Assembly: GCA_963699545.1 (NCBI GenBank)
Contig: CAVOUE010000010.1
Location: forward strand, 96,001-160,000
Direction of reading: 5' to 3'
Origin: Nitrospirota bacterium
GTDB lineage: Bacteria; Nitrospirota; Thermodesulfovibrionia; Thermodesulfovibrionales; UBA9159
DNA: 64,000 nucleotides
In this document: positions 23,666-36,752 of the stretch, one piece after another
Layout: every line of letters begins with the position of its first letter
Numbering within the stretch: position 1 is the first letter of the stretch
The notes under the pieces: generated by a model
What the model saw: only the letters and a program-made list of their open reading frames with translations
Database searches by the model: none
Told to the model about the DNA's origin: nothing
Translations under genes and position numbers: made by a program

Positions 23666-24196
23666 TTACTTAACCACACCACAGGCTACACGCGCTCCGC
23701 CGCCACCCAAAGGAGCCGGCTGATCGGAATAGTTGTCCCCGCCTGCATGGATCATGAGAGAGCGGCCCTTGACATCGGACATCTTGAGTCGCGGAGCAGT
23801 GACGGCAGTGGATGCTGTTCCGTCAGCCCCGACGGTGAGTGCCGGAAGATCGCCGAGATGTCCCTTGCCCTCGTGGCCTTCATGCTTGCCTGTTGCGGCT
23901 GGATCATAGTGTCCGCCTGCGGCAAGGCCGGGAACCTGCTTGCCGTCCTTCATTCCTGCCGCGCAGTCAGGGTTCTGGTGAACATGGAACCCATGGAGCC
24001 CAGGCGTCAGATCGGTGAGCTTCGGGGTGAATACCAGACCCTTCGGTCCTTCGGATATCGTGATTGTGCCGATGCTCTTTGCCGACACCCTGTTCGTTCA
24101 CCAGATTCATCGTTACCACCGACGTCAGCGGCAAACACCGGGAACGCCGCCAGAAGTGCCCACGACAACAACTGACAGCGATAGTGATAGTTTCAT
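23666..24196 (-). CDS. sodC: Periplasmic Cu/Zn superoxide dismutase (indels in the 5' part)
   Basis: GFHVH, GGHYDP, HLGDLP, IHAGGDN, ARVACG; RBS and signal peptide from ATG 24196. Confidence 0.92.
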
Positions 24197-24291
24197 TTGT
24201 GTTCCTCCTCTGTTTGATTATGTTGAAGGTTCATGCCTTAGCTTACTGTTTTTCTCCCAGTTAGCAGCCCGTGCAGACCTTTATGCCACGA

Positions 24292-26547
<2,256 letters not shown>

Positions 26548-26768
26548 TTATTCCATTTTTCGATCCGACTGATGCGCCAACAAGCAAGTAATTAACTGTT
26601 TTCGTCAGTTTCTTCTTTTCTGCCATACAATCTCCTTTCCTACCTTCATGTGTGCTTCTGCAAAAGGCTGAGCACTGAAGTTGGACCCTCAAGGCAGGGT
26701 GTGCTATTCTTCGTGCCGACCTTCTCACCTAAATAGGAACGTATTCCGAAGCGCCCGGAAGAAAAACG

Positions 26769-27223
26769 TTATCGTCTTCTTCTTGCCCCTGCACTCTTTA
26801 CAATAACCGTAGTATTCAAACCGCATGCCCTGACAGGCTCGAAAACCGGTCTTCTCTTTACCATCTCGGAGGAGAACAGGCACTTCACTCTCAAAATCCT
26901 CTATCTTTCCACACGTTCATGCAGATCAGATTGAGATGATTTGAAACCGTAATATCATAACGGTTATCTCTGTCATAAAACTCAAGTTCCCGTATCAGTC
27001 CCTCTCTTTTCAACATATCCAGGGTGTAATAAACCGTTGACAAGCTGATTTTAGGCAACTTCTTCCTGATCCCTTTGAAAATATCTGCAGCTCCGGGGTG
27101 CGACATGTCATTTGACAGAAACCTAATAATCTCAAGTCTCTGGGGGGTCAGTTTATATCCCTTCTCCCGGAGACTCGCTGTTAATTTCTGTTCTTTGTCC
27201 TGTGGCCCTGGATGGCTCTTCAT
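26769..27223 (-). CDS. Fur-family regulator (PerR-like), frameshifted 3' end
   Basis: LTPQR, SHP, ISLSTVYYTL, HLNLIC; C-terminal YGYCKEC in a shifted frame; lies upstream of katG. Confidence 0.85.
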
Positions 27224-27246
27224 CTTCGGAATGATTCCTGATTAAA

Positions 27247-27274
27247 AGTATACATCTTTTTTGTGCTTTGTCAA
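27247..27274 (-). promoter_or_regulatory. sigma70 promoter TTGACA-N16-TATACT of the perR-like gene, followed by a GGAATCATTCC palindrome
   Basis: Hexamers read directly; the palindrome lies between the -10 and the ATG. Confidence 0.6.
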
Positions 27275-27479
27275 GTTAAGTATTGTTACCTTCCTTTTGT
27301 TGTTTCATCGGTGGATACCAGTGCTCCCCCTCGAAAGAAAAGCAGCGAGGCGGGGGCACGCCGAAGATGGCCAAGTCGTTGGCGCGTTAAAGGCCAATGC
27401 AACCATGGCTTGCTCATTGATTCCCGATCCTAAGACGGTCGCTCTCGCCCATCTATACACGCGTATATCTCCAGCGAGC

Positions 27480-27719
27480 TTAATCAAATTTCTTCTTTTC
27501 ATCACAATTCTTCCCCGAACCGCTAATAACAACTTTTTTGCAGCCGCACTCCATATTGCCCTTTGCCTTTTCAAAAGCCTCCCTGCCTTCCCTGAATGAA
27601 AGCCCCGCAATCACGATCGCTCCTATCGACTCGAGGCCGCCGGATCCGGTAAGTTCATAACCTGCACTCGCCATGAGGAGGACCGCAGAGAGCTGAATAC
27701 ACACACGTTTGCGCACGCG
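27480..27719 (-). pseudogene. 3' remnant of a cation-transporter-like membrane protein
   Basis: LSAVLLMASAGYELTG...GAIVIAGLSFREGREAF; no room for a 5' part before the divergent MFS gene. Confidence 0.5.
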
Positions 27720-27761
27720 GTTCCCTTTTTCATTTCACTGAAACAATGTTATATTTCCTCT

Positions 27762-29009
27762 ATGCACCATTCAGGCAGCAGGCTTCCCTTCCACTACGGC
27801 TGGGTCATCGTCTTTACCGGAACCCTCTGCATCCTTGCGTGCCTCGGTTTTGGACGTTTCGCCCTGGGCATGCTCCTGCCCTCCATGGCATCCACCCTCC
27901 ACCTGAGCTATTCCCAGATGGGGTTTATCAGCACCGCAAATTTCCTCGGATACCTCATTTCAGTCCTTGTAAGCGGCTTTCTTGCCGTCAGGATGGGAGC
28001 GCGGAGAGTCATCTTCTTTGCCCTGCTCCTTGTGGGGATCTCGATGATGCTGGTGAGCCGTGCAAAAAGCTTTGAATACGTCCTTGCCCTCTACTTCCTG
28101 ACCGGTATCGGAAGCGGGGCGTCCAACGTACCGCTCATGGGTCTCGTCTCCCACTGGTTCGCCAGCACCATCCGGGGCAGGGCAGCGGGATTCATTGTCA
28201 TAGGGAGCGGTTTCGCCATCATCATCTCCGGGAAGCTCATCCCCTTCATCAACAGGCTTGTGGGTCAGGAGGGATGGAGAATGAGCTGGCTCGTACTGGG
28301 ATGCCTTGTTCTGATGGTCTCTTTCATCGGTCTTTTCCTCCTGCGGAATAATCCTGAGGAGAAGGGCTTACGGCCAATCGGCAGTGATGATACTGCGCCC
28401 TTTTACTCACAGATCATCGACAAGATGGCAGCGAACGTTTACAGAAAACACGTCATCTATCATCTGGGTGCCATCTATTTCCTCTTTGGCTACACCTATG
28501 TGATCTATGCCACGTTCATCGTTACCACCCTGGTCAAAGAGAGGGGGTTCCCCGAAACAGTGGCGGGTAATTTCTGGTCATGGGTCGGTCTTTTAAGCCT
28601 TGTTTCAGGACCGGTCTTCGGCACCGCGTCCGACAAACTGGGCAGGAAGACAGGCCTCATTATCGTCTTTTTCCTCCAGATGCTCGCATATCTCCTGGTC
28701 GCAACAAAACTGCCAGGCGCGTTCCTGTACCTGTCCATCGGCTTTTATGGTATCGTTGCCTGGAGCATACCATCCATCATGGCAGCAGCCGTGGGCGACT
28801 ACGTGGGCGCGCAGAAGGCGGGCCAGGCCTTCGGCTTCATTACTTTTATCTTCGGTTTCGGTCAGATCATCGGCCCTGCGGTGGCAGGCGTCCTCGCGGA
28901 AAAAACCGGAAGCTTTTCACAAAGCTTCTCTATGGCTGCAGTATTTGCGGGAATCGCTATTCTGCTCGCTGCATTTCTGAAAAAGCCGGCATCAAGGCAA
29001 AAGCAATAG
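27762..29009 (+). CDS. MFS transporter (YbfB/YjiJ-like)
   Basis: About 12 hydrophobic segments; GFGRFALGMLLP and SDKLGRK motifs. Confidence 0.9.
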   Translation: MHHSGSRLPFHYGWVIVFTGTLCILACLGFGRFALGMLLPSMASTLHLSYSQMGFISTANFLGYLISVLVSGFLAVRMGARRVIFFALLLVGISMMLVSRAKSFEYVLALYFLTGIGSGASNVPLMGLVSHWFASTIRGRAAGFIVIGSGFAIIISGKLIPFINRLVGQEGWRMSWLVLGCLVLMVSFIGLFLLRNNPEEKGLRPIGSDDTAPFYSQIIDKMAANVYRKHVIYHLGAIYFLFGYTYVIYATFIVTTLVKERGFPETVAGNFWSWVGLLSLVSGPVFGTASDKLGRKTGLIIVFFLQMLAYLLVATKLPGAFLYLSIGFYGIVAWSIPSIMAAAVGDYVGAQKAGQAFGFITFIFGFGQIIGPAVAGVLAEKTGSFSQSFSMAAVFAGIAILLAAFLKKPASRQKQ

Positions 29010-29144
29010 GCTGGGAATAATATGCCAAAGGGGGCAGAAAGCCTCCCGAGAGACGCGGAACGACAGACCACCAGTCTCTTTGCCGGCATACTCGCTACCC
29101 AGGAATTCAGGAATAGTCGGTCACGACAGATACTGAGAAGCTCA

Positions 29145-30227
29145 TCAGCGAAGCTGTATGCACTCCACGATGTCCAGCTTCCCGAAGTCCATGCATCCGT
29201 TACACGATATGCAGTCAGCCACCTCTTTGCCTTCTCTGAACTTGTTCGGAAGTTCCGGCTCCCTTATCAACGGCCTTGAAAGAGAAATGAGGTCTGCCTC
29301 GCCTTTCCCGAGTACGTCCTCCATGACGGACCGGGACCTCATACCACCAACGACAATGACCGGTATATGCAGCTTGCTTTTAAACGTCTTTCCGTAACTT
29401 CTGAAATATGCCTCGTCGGCAGGGCTCAAAATATCAGGCTGGGCGGTCTTCAGGTTCGACTCATACATCCCCCCGCTCGCTTCAACGGCGTCAAGCCCCA
29501 GTTCCTCGAGCCGAAGGGCTATTCTCACCGCTTCATCGACCTTCAATCCGCCTTCCATGAGATCATCAGCATTCATCTTTATCAGGAGAGGATAATCGTC
29601 CCCCACCTCTTTCCTCACCACTTTATAGACCTCTTCCGTGAAATGGAATCTCCTCTCCTCATCTCCACCCCAGTAATCATCGCGCCTGTTGGTGTAGGGG
29701 GAAAGGAATTCGCTCACAAGGTAGCCGTGGGCCCCGTGGATCTGGACGGCGTCAAACCCTGCGATCCTCGCCCTCCTTGCGGCATCCGCAAAGGCATCGA
29801 TGACCTTCCATATCTCTGCGTCGGTCATTGCCCTGGGCATTATCTTCGTTGAAGTGTCATACACTGCTGATGGAGCCAGAGGGTCGCTGCCTCCCAAAAG
29901 GATAGGGAAGGACTGCCTGCCTCCGTGCACAAGTTGAATGGCGATCACGCCGCCGAGCTCATGCACGGCAGAGGTGAGCTTCCTGAGCCCCTGGATATAA
30001 ATGTCGCTGTGGATGCAGGTCATCTGGGGAATAGTCCTCCCTGACGGATGCACCAGGGCATTGCCGGTGATCATGAGCCCTATCCCTCCCCTCGTGAGAT
30101 CTTCATAGAGTTCGATCAGGGACTCTGTCACAAAACCGTCCTCGTCCGCCCTCTTCTCGTAGGTGGCGGAACGAACGAGACGGTTTTTGAGATTCAAACC
30201 GCTGAAAGAAAAAGGTTCAAATATCAT
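29145..30227 (-). CDS. NADH:flavin oxidoreductase (Old Yellow Enzyme family)
   Basis: KNRLVRSAT, QLVHGG, HGAHGYL, NRRDDYWGG, CISCNGC. Confidence 0.92.
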   Translation of the reverse strand: MIFEPFSFSGLNLKNRLVRSATYEKRADEDGFVTESLIELYEDLTRGGIGLMITGNALVHPSGRTIPQMTCIHSDIYIQGLRKLTSAVHELGGVIAIQLVHGGRQSFPILLGGSDPLAPSAVYDTSTKIMPRAMTDAEIWKVIDAFADAARRARIAGFDAVQIHGAHGYLVSEFLSPYTNRRDDYWGGDEERRFHFTEEVYKVVRKEVGDDYPLLIKMNADDLMEGGLKVDEAVRIALRLEELGLDAVEASGGMYESNLKTAQPDILSPADEAYFRSYGKTFKSKLHIPVIVVGGMRSRSVMEDVLGKGEADLISLSRPLIREPELPNKFREGKEVADCISCNGCMDFGKLDIVECIQLR

Positions 30228-30237
30228 GATTGCCTCC

Positions 30238-31206
30238 TCACAATTTTAATCGTATAGCCATTCGTATCGCCTCTATCATGCTGGATGGATCTGCGATCCC
30301 TTTCCAGGCGATATCGTACGCAGTCCCGTGATCGGGTGACGTCCTGATAATGGGCAACCCCACCGTAACATTCACTCCCGTATCAAAGGCTATCATTTTC
30401 AGAGGGATCAACCCCTGATCATGATACATGCAGACAACGATATCGAGCTCGCCTTTATAAGCCTTCCGAAATATCACGTCAGGAGGATAAGGACCTTCCA
30501 CTCCAATCCCTTCCTCCCTTGCCGCCTCTATCGCAGGAACGATCTCCTCCGCCTCCTCCGTCCCCAGTATCCCCGATTCGCCCGCGTGGGGATTGAGCCC
30601 GGAAACAGCGATCACCGGTCTCCCGACGCCCAACATGTCACAGGCCTTCCTAGCGAGGCGGATGGTCTGCAGCACTCGCTCCTTCGTCACAAGGCCGGGG
30701 ACATTCCTTAACGCCGTGTGAATCGTCACCAGGATGACCTTCAGGGGTCCTCCGGCAAGCATCATGGCATATTCTTTCGCCCCTGTGAGTTCAGCGAGCA
30801 TTTCCGTATGCCCGGGCCAGGGGAAACCGGCAAGTTTCACCGCTTCCTTTGAGATGGGCGCGGTAACCACACCATCCACCCTTTTTTCGACCGCGAGTCC
30901 CACCGCCTTCCTTATGTAGCGGACACAGGCCGCCCCGTTTTCCTTGTCCGGTTTTCCCCTCTTAAAGGTGCTCAGGGATCCGGAGTGGATGCACCACAGG
31001 GAGGCAGGTGAAGAAACGGCTTCATCCACCCTCTCGATCTTCCGTATTGCCAGGGGAACCCTGAACGCGGAGACTGCTTCTTTTATCACAGAGAGATCAC
31101 CGATGACAATGGGCAGACATTCGCCGGATATGGCAGGCAACGCCTTAACGACCACTTCAGGCCCTATGCCTCCGGGATCTCCGGTGGTTATGGCCAGCTT
31201 TTTCAT
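30238..31206 (-). CDS. pdxA: 4-hydroxythreonine-4-phosphate dehydrogenase
   Basis: GDPGGIGPE, GHTE, NPHAGE, MYHDQG, RTSPDHGTA. Confidence 0.95.
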   Translation of the reverse strand: MKKLAITTGDPGGIGPEVVVKALPAISGECLPIVIGDLSVIKEAVSAFRVPLAIRKIERVDEAVSSPASLWCIHSGSLSTFKRGKPDKENGAACVRYIRKAVGLAVEKRVDGVVTAPISKEAVKLAGFPWPGHTEMLAELTGAKEYAMMLAGGPLKVILVTIHTALRNVPGLVTKERVLQTIRLARKACDMLGVGRPVIAVSGLNPHAGESGILGTEEAEEIVPAIEAAREEGIGVEGPYPPDVIFRKAYKGELDIVVCMYHDQGLIPLKMIAFDTGVNVTVGLPIIRTSPDHGTAYDIAWKGIADPSSMIEAIRMAIRLKL

Positions 31207-31305
31207 GGTGTGAGCATGTCCTTACGGATAGTGCTATGCCTCCTTTAATGATTTCACTATAATAATACCAGACGGGAATAATTTCTATTTCAGCGGAGGG
31301 GGAAA

Positions 31306-32937
31306 ATGGGTTGTGAAGATGCTGCTTCCTGCTGGAAGCTCATTATGTCCGATATTTCGAAAAACAGAGGACTACTGTCTGTCATAGAGAAGTTTGCCCG
31401 CGAAAACAGAGCGCCTGCACCCATAGTGTTCGGCACTTCCGGCTGGCGGGGCGAGATCGGCACCGATTACACTTTCAACAACGTGCGGGTGGTGACGTCG
31501 GCCATCATCGAAATGTTCAGGGCCGAAGAGGGACCCGTGCTGCAGGCCATGGGGGTGAACGGCTTTGAGGAGATAAAGAGACGGGGCGTGATCGTGGGCC
31601 ATGACAACAGGTTCCTCGGCCCTGATTTCGCCATGGAAGTGATTGGGCTTCTCCAGAGGGAGGGCATCAGGACATGGTATGCGGGGGAAGCGCCCACTCC
31701 GGAATTTTCTGCCGGGATCGAGATGTTGCAGGCAGCTTGTTCCATAAACCTTACCCCTTCCCATAACCCTGCAAATTACGCCGGCTTCAAGTTCAACCCC
31801 TCTGACGGCGGTCCCGCGGGATCCGAGATCACTGAGAGGATAGAAGAGATCTCCAACAGGATGATGAATGAGGCGGTTGTTATTGCAGCGGGAAGACCTG
31901 AAAGGTCGAGAAGATCGATCTTGCTGCGCTGTACCTCGACTACATAGAACAGCGAAAGACGCTTGACCTTAAAGCTATCCGGGAGTTTGTCACAACCTCG
32001 GACTGTATCATCTGCATTGACAATGTCCACGGGGCAACGAGGGGCCGGATACAGAGGATTCTCGGGAAGCAGCGGCGGAGATCAGATATCTGCAGGACAG
32101 AGGATGATTTTCTCTTCGGTGGAGTCGCACCTGAGCCGTCAGAAAAGAACATGGCAGGAGTCGAAAGGGTCTTAAGAGAGAAGAGCGCGCGATTCAAACT
32201 GGGAGTCATCATGGACCCTGACGGAGACCGGATACGTTATTCCGACGGCGCCATGCAGATACCCATGAACTATTTCGGAGCGATGGCATTCCATTTTCTC
32301 TCCGTATACAAGAAGTATTTCCGGAGTGGTGGCAAAGTCGGTCGGGACAAGCAATTTTGTGAATGCCATAGCAGAGAAACTCGGAGTGCCGGTGAAGGAG
32401 ACAAGGGTCGGGTTCAAGAACTTCAGGCCCTATCTCTTAAGAACGGCCTCTGAGAAAGGGCGATCGTCGCCTTCGAGGAATCCGACGGGATATCCGGGTA
32501 TAACCATACCCTCGAAAAGGACGCCCTCTTCGGACTGCTCCTCGCCCTGGAGATGATGGCGGTCACCGGAAGAACCTCAGCGAATATCTCAGGGATATCA
32601 TGGATGAATTCGGACACTACTACCCCGACCGTTCGGGCATCTCGGTGGACCGTTCCTTTGTCGGGAGACCCTCTGATAAGAAAGCTCTCGGTGATCCGGG
32701 AACAGTATAGAAAGGGGACTGTCTCTCACCATAGGTGGGGCGAAGAGAACGGTTAAGGACATGATCACCGTTGACGGGACAAAGCTGGTCTTTGATGACG
32801 GCTCGTGGCTCATGATACGACCCTCAGGCACAGAGCCCAAGGTGAGGTTCTACATCGAGGCAAGGACCGAGGAGGGCAAGAAAGCGGTCTTTGAGACAGC
32901 AGAGAGAATGACCAGGGAAGCGCTGGGAATGGCATGA
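31306..32937 (+). CDS. Phosphoglucomutase/phosphomannomutase family (multiple frameshifts)
   Basis: FGTSGWRG, TPSHNP, DPDGDR, FEESDG, IRPSGTEPK found across frames. Confidence 0.88.
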
Positions 32938-33061
32938 GCCAGGAAAGTACTTTTTGACTGAGAAATATACTTTCCGTTTCTTCCTGTAAACCGCAATAGC
33001 TTCGGCTTGTAATAACTGTTTTATACCGGTCGTAACAAATAAATTTAAGGAGCAGCAACAA

Positions 33062-33200
33062 TTCATTAATAATTCCTGACCTTTGACAACCGCATCCGCG
33101 ATCGAATCGATATCGTATGCAACGTCTTGGGAAATACATTTCTTCTTCTTACAGTAGTGTACCCCTTGTCAACGATATCCCCGAATTCTTCCTTCATGGT
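33062..33200. repeat. Direct repeat copy 1 (~140 bp)
   Basis: Aligns by eye with 35216-35355; shared blocks include ATCGTATGCAACGTC and AAATACATTTCTTCTTCTTACAGTA. Confidence 0.85.
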
Positions 33201-33423
33201 TACAAGTTTTTCCATTCCGTTACAGCCCTTCTGCCTGTGGCAGTGACGCTGAATATATCGCATTTTGCACCTTCATATCGAACTCTATCCAGCGTCACTG
33301 CATAATATTTTGCACCTTGATATCGGAATCTGACTCGCAAGCGCGTAGACCTGAGCATATTCTCTGACCTCACTCACAAATAGCAGGCAAGTCATCTATT
33401 TCGTGCTTGAGATACTTTCACGA

Positions 33424-33956
33424 TCATGCCCCAGTCACTTCGCATTTCTTTTCCATGGTTTCATCACCATTATTGTCGCTCCAAGGCTCCTTTTTCAACT
33501 CAGCCAGCACGATGTCCGCCACCTGCCGTGCTGTCTCTCTTCGTTCTTCTCCTGGGACAGAATCAATATCAAATCGGTCTGTATACTTCTTGTAAATAGA
33601 AAGGGCATCGAATTGGACCAGATTATCCTCCCCAATCAGATTTTCCAGAATCCTGCCGTGGCAGCGAAGGAAACAGCCGTCTATAAGCACAACTTTCCCC
33701 GTTTTCTTGATCCACTGTGCTATTGCAGAATGGGGAACGGTGAAGAGCTCTCCATGGCAACCGCTTCGATACGCCTCCTCCTTTGCCACCAGGTGGGCCG
33801 CAAGACGGGCGATCTCGCCTCTGATGCAGGCCCCTTCGCACGAGAGGACCGGTATTTTTCCTTCGTCCAGGTTCCTGCTGCCGACCTTTTCTCCTATGGG
33901 ACAGGTTCCTCTGTCTTTGAAATCTCGACATTGAATATGCCGTTTGATTCTTTCAT
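33424..33956 (-). CDS. DGC-domain putative zinc-binding protein (5' frameshift)
   Basis: SCEGAC, GCHG and IDGCFLRC motifs; ATG 33956 with GGAG RBS. Confidence 0.8.
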
Positions 33957-34227
33957 TTCTTTCTCCTTTGAGGTTCAGCTGCATCCTGTGCTCGGCTGCA
34001 GCAGGGATACTTGTCATTGCTTCCGTAATGCTTTCCATCTGGCCGCGCAGTCGGGAAATGCCCCTTTGCCCGCGCAGCACTTTTTCATCATCTCAAACAT
34101 TCCATGCCCCGGCGTAGCGAATCTGAAGTCAGTCGGATTGTGCCTTGTCACCCTTGTCTTTTGTTTTTTCTGCCGTGCATTTCGTACCTCCTGGACTCTT
34201 TGCGATTAATTTGTCATCAAAAGACAC

Positions 34228-34489
34228 TCAGTTTTGCCCAGTTATGTACTCTTTTCTTTTCCTCATACTCTTCCTTATTGATCTCGCCCTGAGCGTACCG
34301 TTTTTTGAGTGTATCAAAGGCCGAGTCTGCAACGTCTCCGCCGTGGCTGCTTGTACTGCAGATCCCCGACCAGCACATCATCGAACTCCTGCGTCCTTCT
34401 CATCATGAAAAAGCAAAGAACCATCATAGCGATCATGATGAGCGGAAATATCCACCAATAGTCCATAGCCAAAACCAGCACGGAAACAT
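34228..34489 (-). CDS. Small membrane protein with SHOCT domain (frameshifted)
   Basis: AAGGAGG RBS; WWIFPLIMIAMMVLCFF TM helix; LKKRYAQGEINKEEYEEKK. Confidence 0.7.
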
Positions 34490-34545
34490 ATGCCTCACCT
34501 CCTTTCACCCCTATAGACGAGGGAAAGGAGGAAAAGGATACACCT

Positions 34546-35147
34546 TTAATCTGATTCTTTGAGTTGTCTAATGGCGGATTTCAGGTCGCAGGAGAGCACG
34601 TCACGCTCATCATGGTATAAACAGCAGAGGTTCTCCAGTTCTTTTTTCAGTTTTTTCCTGGCCCGGTGTAGTCTGATCTTTGACAGTGTCAAGGCTGACT
34701 TGAAGGATTTCGGCAATTTCAGTGATTTCCAACTCTTCCAGTTCACCGAGCACGATCACAGTCCTGTACTCTTCGGGAAGTTTCTTTATAACATTTCGAA
34801 TGCACGCGTTCATTTCCTTCCGAATAAGCTGTTGATCGATAAAAGACATCTTCCCTCGTAATCGATACAGGCTCCTCTTCTCTTTCCGTATCGATGGACG
34901 AAAGTTCCGTGGTCATCTGCGAAGTGCGGCGCAGATGATCCAGTGCAGCATTGGTTGCGATTCGGTATATCCACGAAGACAATTTTGACTCACCCCTGAA
35001 GTCTTTCAATCCGTGGCTTACCTTTAGAAACACCTCCTGCGTCAGGTCATCCGCTTCATTCGCACCGGTCATCCTGGCAAGATAGCGATGTATTTTTGGC
35101 CGGAAGGCATCATAAATAGGCTGAAACTCTAATTTGTTGTCAGTCAA
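34546..35147 (-). CDS. ECF RNA polymerase sigma factor with Cys-rich tail (frameshifted)
   Basis: ADDLTQEVFLKV, WIYRIATNAALDHLRR, LPEEYR, VKIRLHRAR, CCLYHDERDVLSCD. Confidence 0.85.
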
Positions 35148-35215
35148 ATAGTCACGCTCCCTAGTTTAAAAAGGTTGGCACTTTCTTAGCAAAACCAATA
35201 GGCGTAAGCTCGATC

Positions 35216-35355
35216 TTCATAATAACTCCTGACCGTTGACAATCGCATCCGCAATCGAATCAACATCGTATGCAACGTCCTTGGAAAATACATTTCTTCT
35301 TCTTACAGTATTGTATCATTTTATCAACAACATCTCTGAACTCTTCCTTCATGGT
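35216..35355. repeat. Direct repeat copy 2 (~140 bp)
   Basis: Diverged copy of 33062-33200. Confidence 0.85.
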
Positions 35356-35690
35356 AGCCAACTCGGGCGATTGCGATGTGGGTGGCTGTATCGAGCCCTC
35401 AGTTGTTCCTAATGGTGTTTTATTCCAATCGTACTATTGATAGAGCTTCGGTTTTGACTATCTATCGATTAGTCGGTGTACTCCTCATTTTGAATAAGCG
35501 AGACAGCTACGAAACATATCTTTTCATTTCAATAAGTTGAGAGATATCTGGACGGCAGTTGCCGAATCCAGCTGTTCATGTGTAACCTTACGGTTGTCTT
35601 CGCCGTCTGTTATAATAGAAGCAAGAGATGGGACCTTTCCTCTATTGCGAAGGAAGAAACAGGAGATGCTCTGTTTACAGGGAGATAGAT

Positions 35691-36199
35691 ATGAAAAAGA
35701 CCATTTGTCTTGTTCTTGCAGTGTTGGTGCTGGTTCTTGCAAGTGGCTTGAACGACTACGCATATGGGCAGCGATCCTTCTCGGTGGCGGTGGCGGCTCG
35801 CATGGCGGTGGCTGGCACGGTGGCGGCGGTGGCTGGCACGGTGGCGGCGGTGGCTGGCACGGTGGCGGCGGTGGCTGGCACGGTGGCGGGGGTGGCTGGC
35901 ACGGTCACGGCGGCTGGCACGGCAGTGTCTGGATCGGACCAGGATGGGGATGGGGATGGGGTCCGTGGGGATGGTGGGGATTGGGCTATCCTTACTATCC
36001 TTATGCATATTACCCTTACTATTCGGCACCGGCTGTCATCGAGCAGCAGCCTTCGGTATATGTCGAGCCAACCCCTCGGCGGGAGGAGCAGAGTTATTGG
36101 TATTACTGTCCGAATCCCCAAGGCTACTATCCTTATGTGAAACGCTGTCCTAAGGGCTGGGTGAAGGTTCTTCCTGTTCCGCAGGACGGGGAGGAGTAA
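35691..36199 (+). CDS. Secreted Gly/Trp/His-repeat, Pro/Tyr-rich protein (frameshift near 35780)
   Basis: Signal peptide MKKTICLVLAV; GGGGGWH repeats; C-terminal YWYYC...GYYPYVKRCPKGW. Confidence 0.75.
35803..35923 (+). repeat. 21-bp tandem repeat GGTGGCGGCGGTGGCTGGCAC (4 full copies plus partial copies)
   Basis: Read directly; encodes GGGGGWH. Confidence 0.9.
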
Positions 36200-36203
36200 A
36201 GAC

Positions 36204-36752
36204 ATGATAAAGCTCTGGAAAAACATCTTTTCGTTTCTCATGATCGTGGCGCTGGTCGGATGCGCAACAATCCCCAGCGGACCCAGCGTTATGTCTCTTC
36301 CCGGCACGGGCAAGAGCTTCGATGAGTTCCGGGTGGATGACGCAGTGTGCCGCCAGTTTGCTTATGAACAGGCGGGCGGAATGAGCGGTCAACAGGCCGC
36401 TCAAAATTCGGCTGTTTCGAGCGCCGTTGTCGGCTCAGCCCTTGGCGCCGCAGCAGGTGCGGCTATCGGCAGCGCTTCGGGCCAGATGGGAGCCGGAGCG
36501 GCGATAGGCGCCGGCAGCGGGTTGCTCCTTGGCAGCGCTGTTGGCAGCAGCTATGCGTATCACTCCTACTATGAGGCGCAGAGGCGTTACGACAATGCGT
36601 ATATGCAGTGCATGTACGCAAAGGGGAACAGGATCCCGGTCTATGGAGGATACAGCGGAGGGTACAGCGCCCCGGCTCGTTCCGCTTCAGGCAGGTGGAC
36701 TACACCGCCTCCGCCTCCGGCGGGCTATCCCCCGCCTCCGCCCGAGGAGTGA
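36204..36752 (+). CDS. Glycine-zipper lipoprotein
   Basis: Lipobox LVGC; GAAAGAAIG...GAAIGAGSG zipper; YMQCMYAKG. Confidence 0.8.
   Translation: MIKLWKNIFSFLMIVALVGCATIPSGPSVMSLPGTGKSFDEFRVDDAVCRQFAYEQAGGMSGQQAAQNSAVSSAVVGSALGAAAGAAIGSASGQMGAGAAIGAGSGLLLGSAVGSSYAYHSYYEAQRRYDNAYMQCMYAKGNRIPVYGGYSGGYSAPARSASGRWTTPPPPPAGYPPPPPEE

Noticed and set aside
27305-27480. Hairpin-rich spacer upstream of perR considered as a riboswitch
   Set aside because: No match to riboswitch consensus sequences that I can recognise
31306-32937. Fragmented phosphohexomutase considered as a true pseudogene
   Set aside because: All catalytic motifs are intact across frames and the breaks match the window-wide indel error pattern
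35175-35190. TGGCAC-N6-AGC sigma54-like site
   Set aside because: Imperfect -12 element and no gene start nearby on that strand
35803-35923. Tandem repeat considered as a CRISPR array
   Set aside because: No unique spacers; it is an in-frame coding repeat and no cas genes are present
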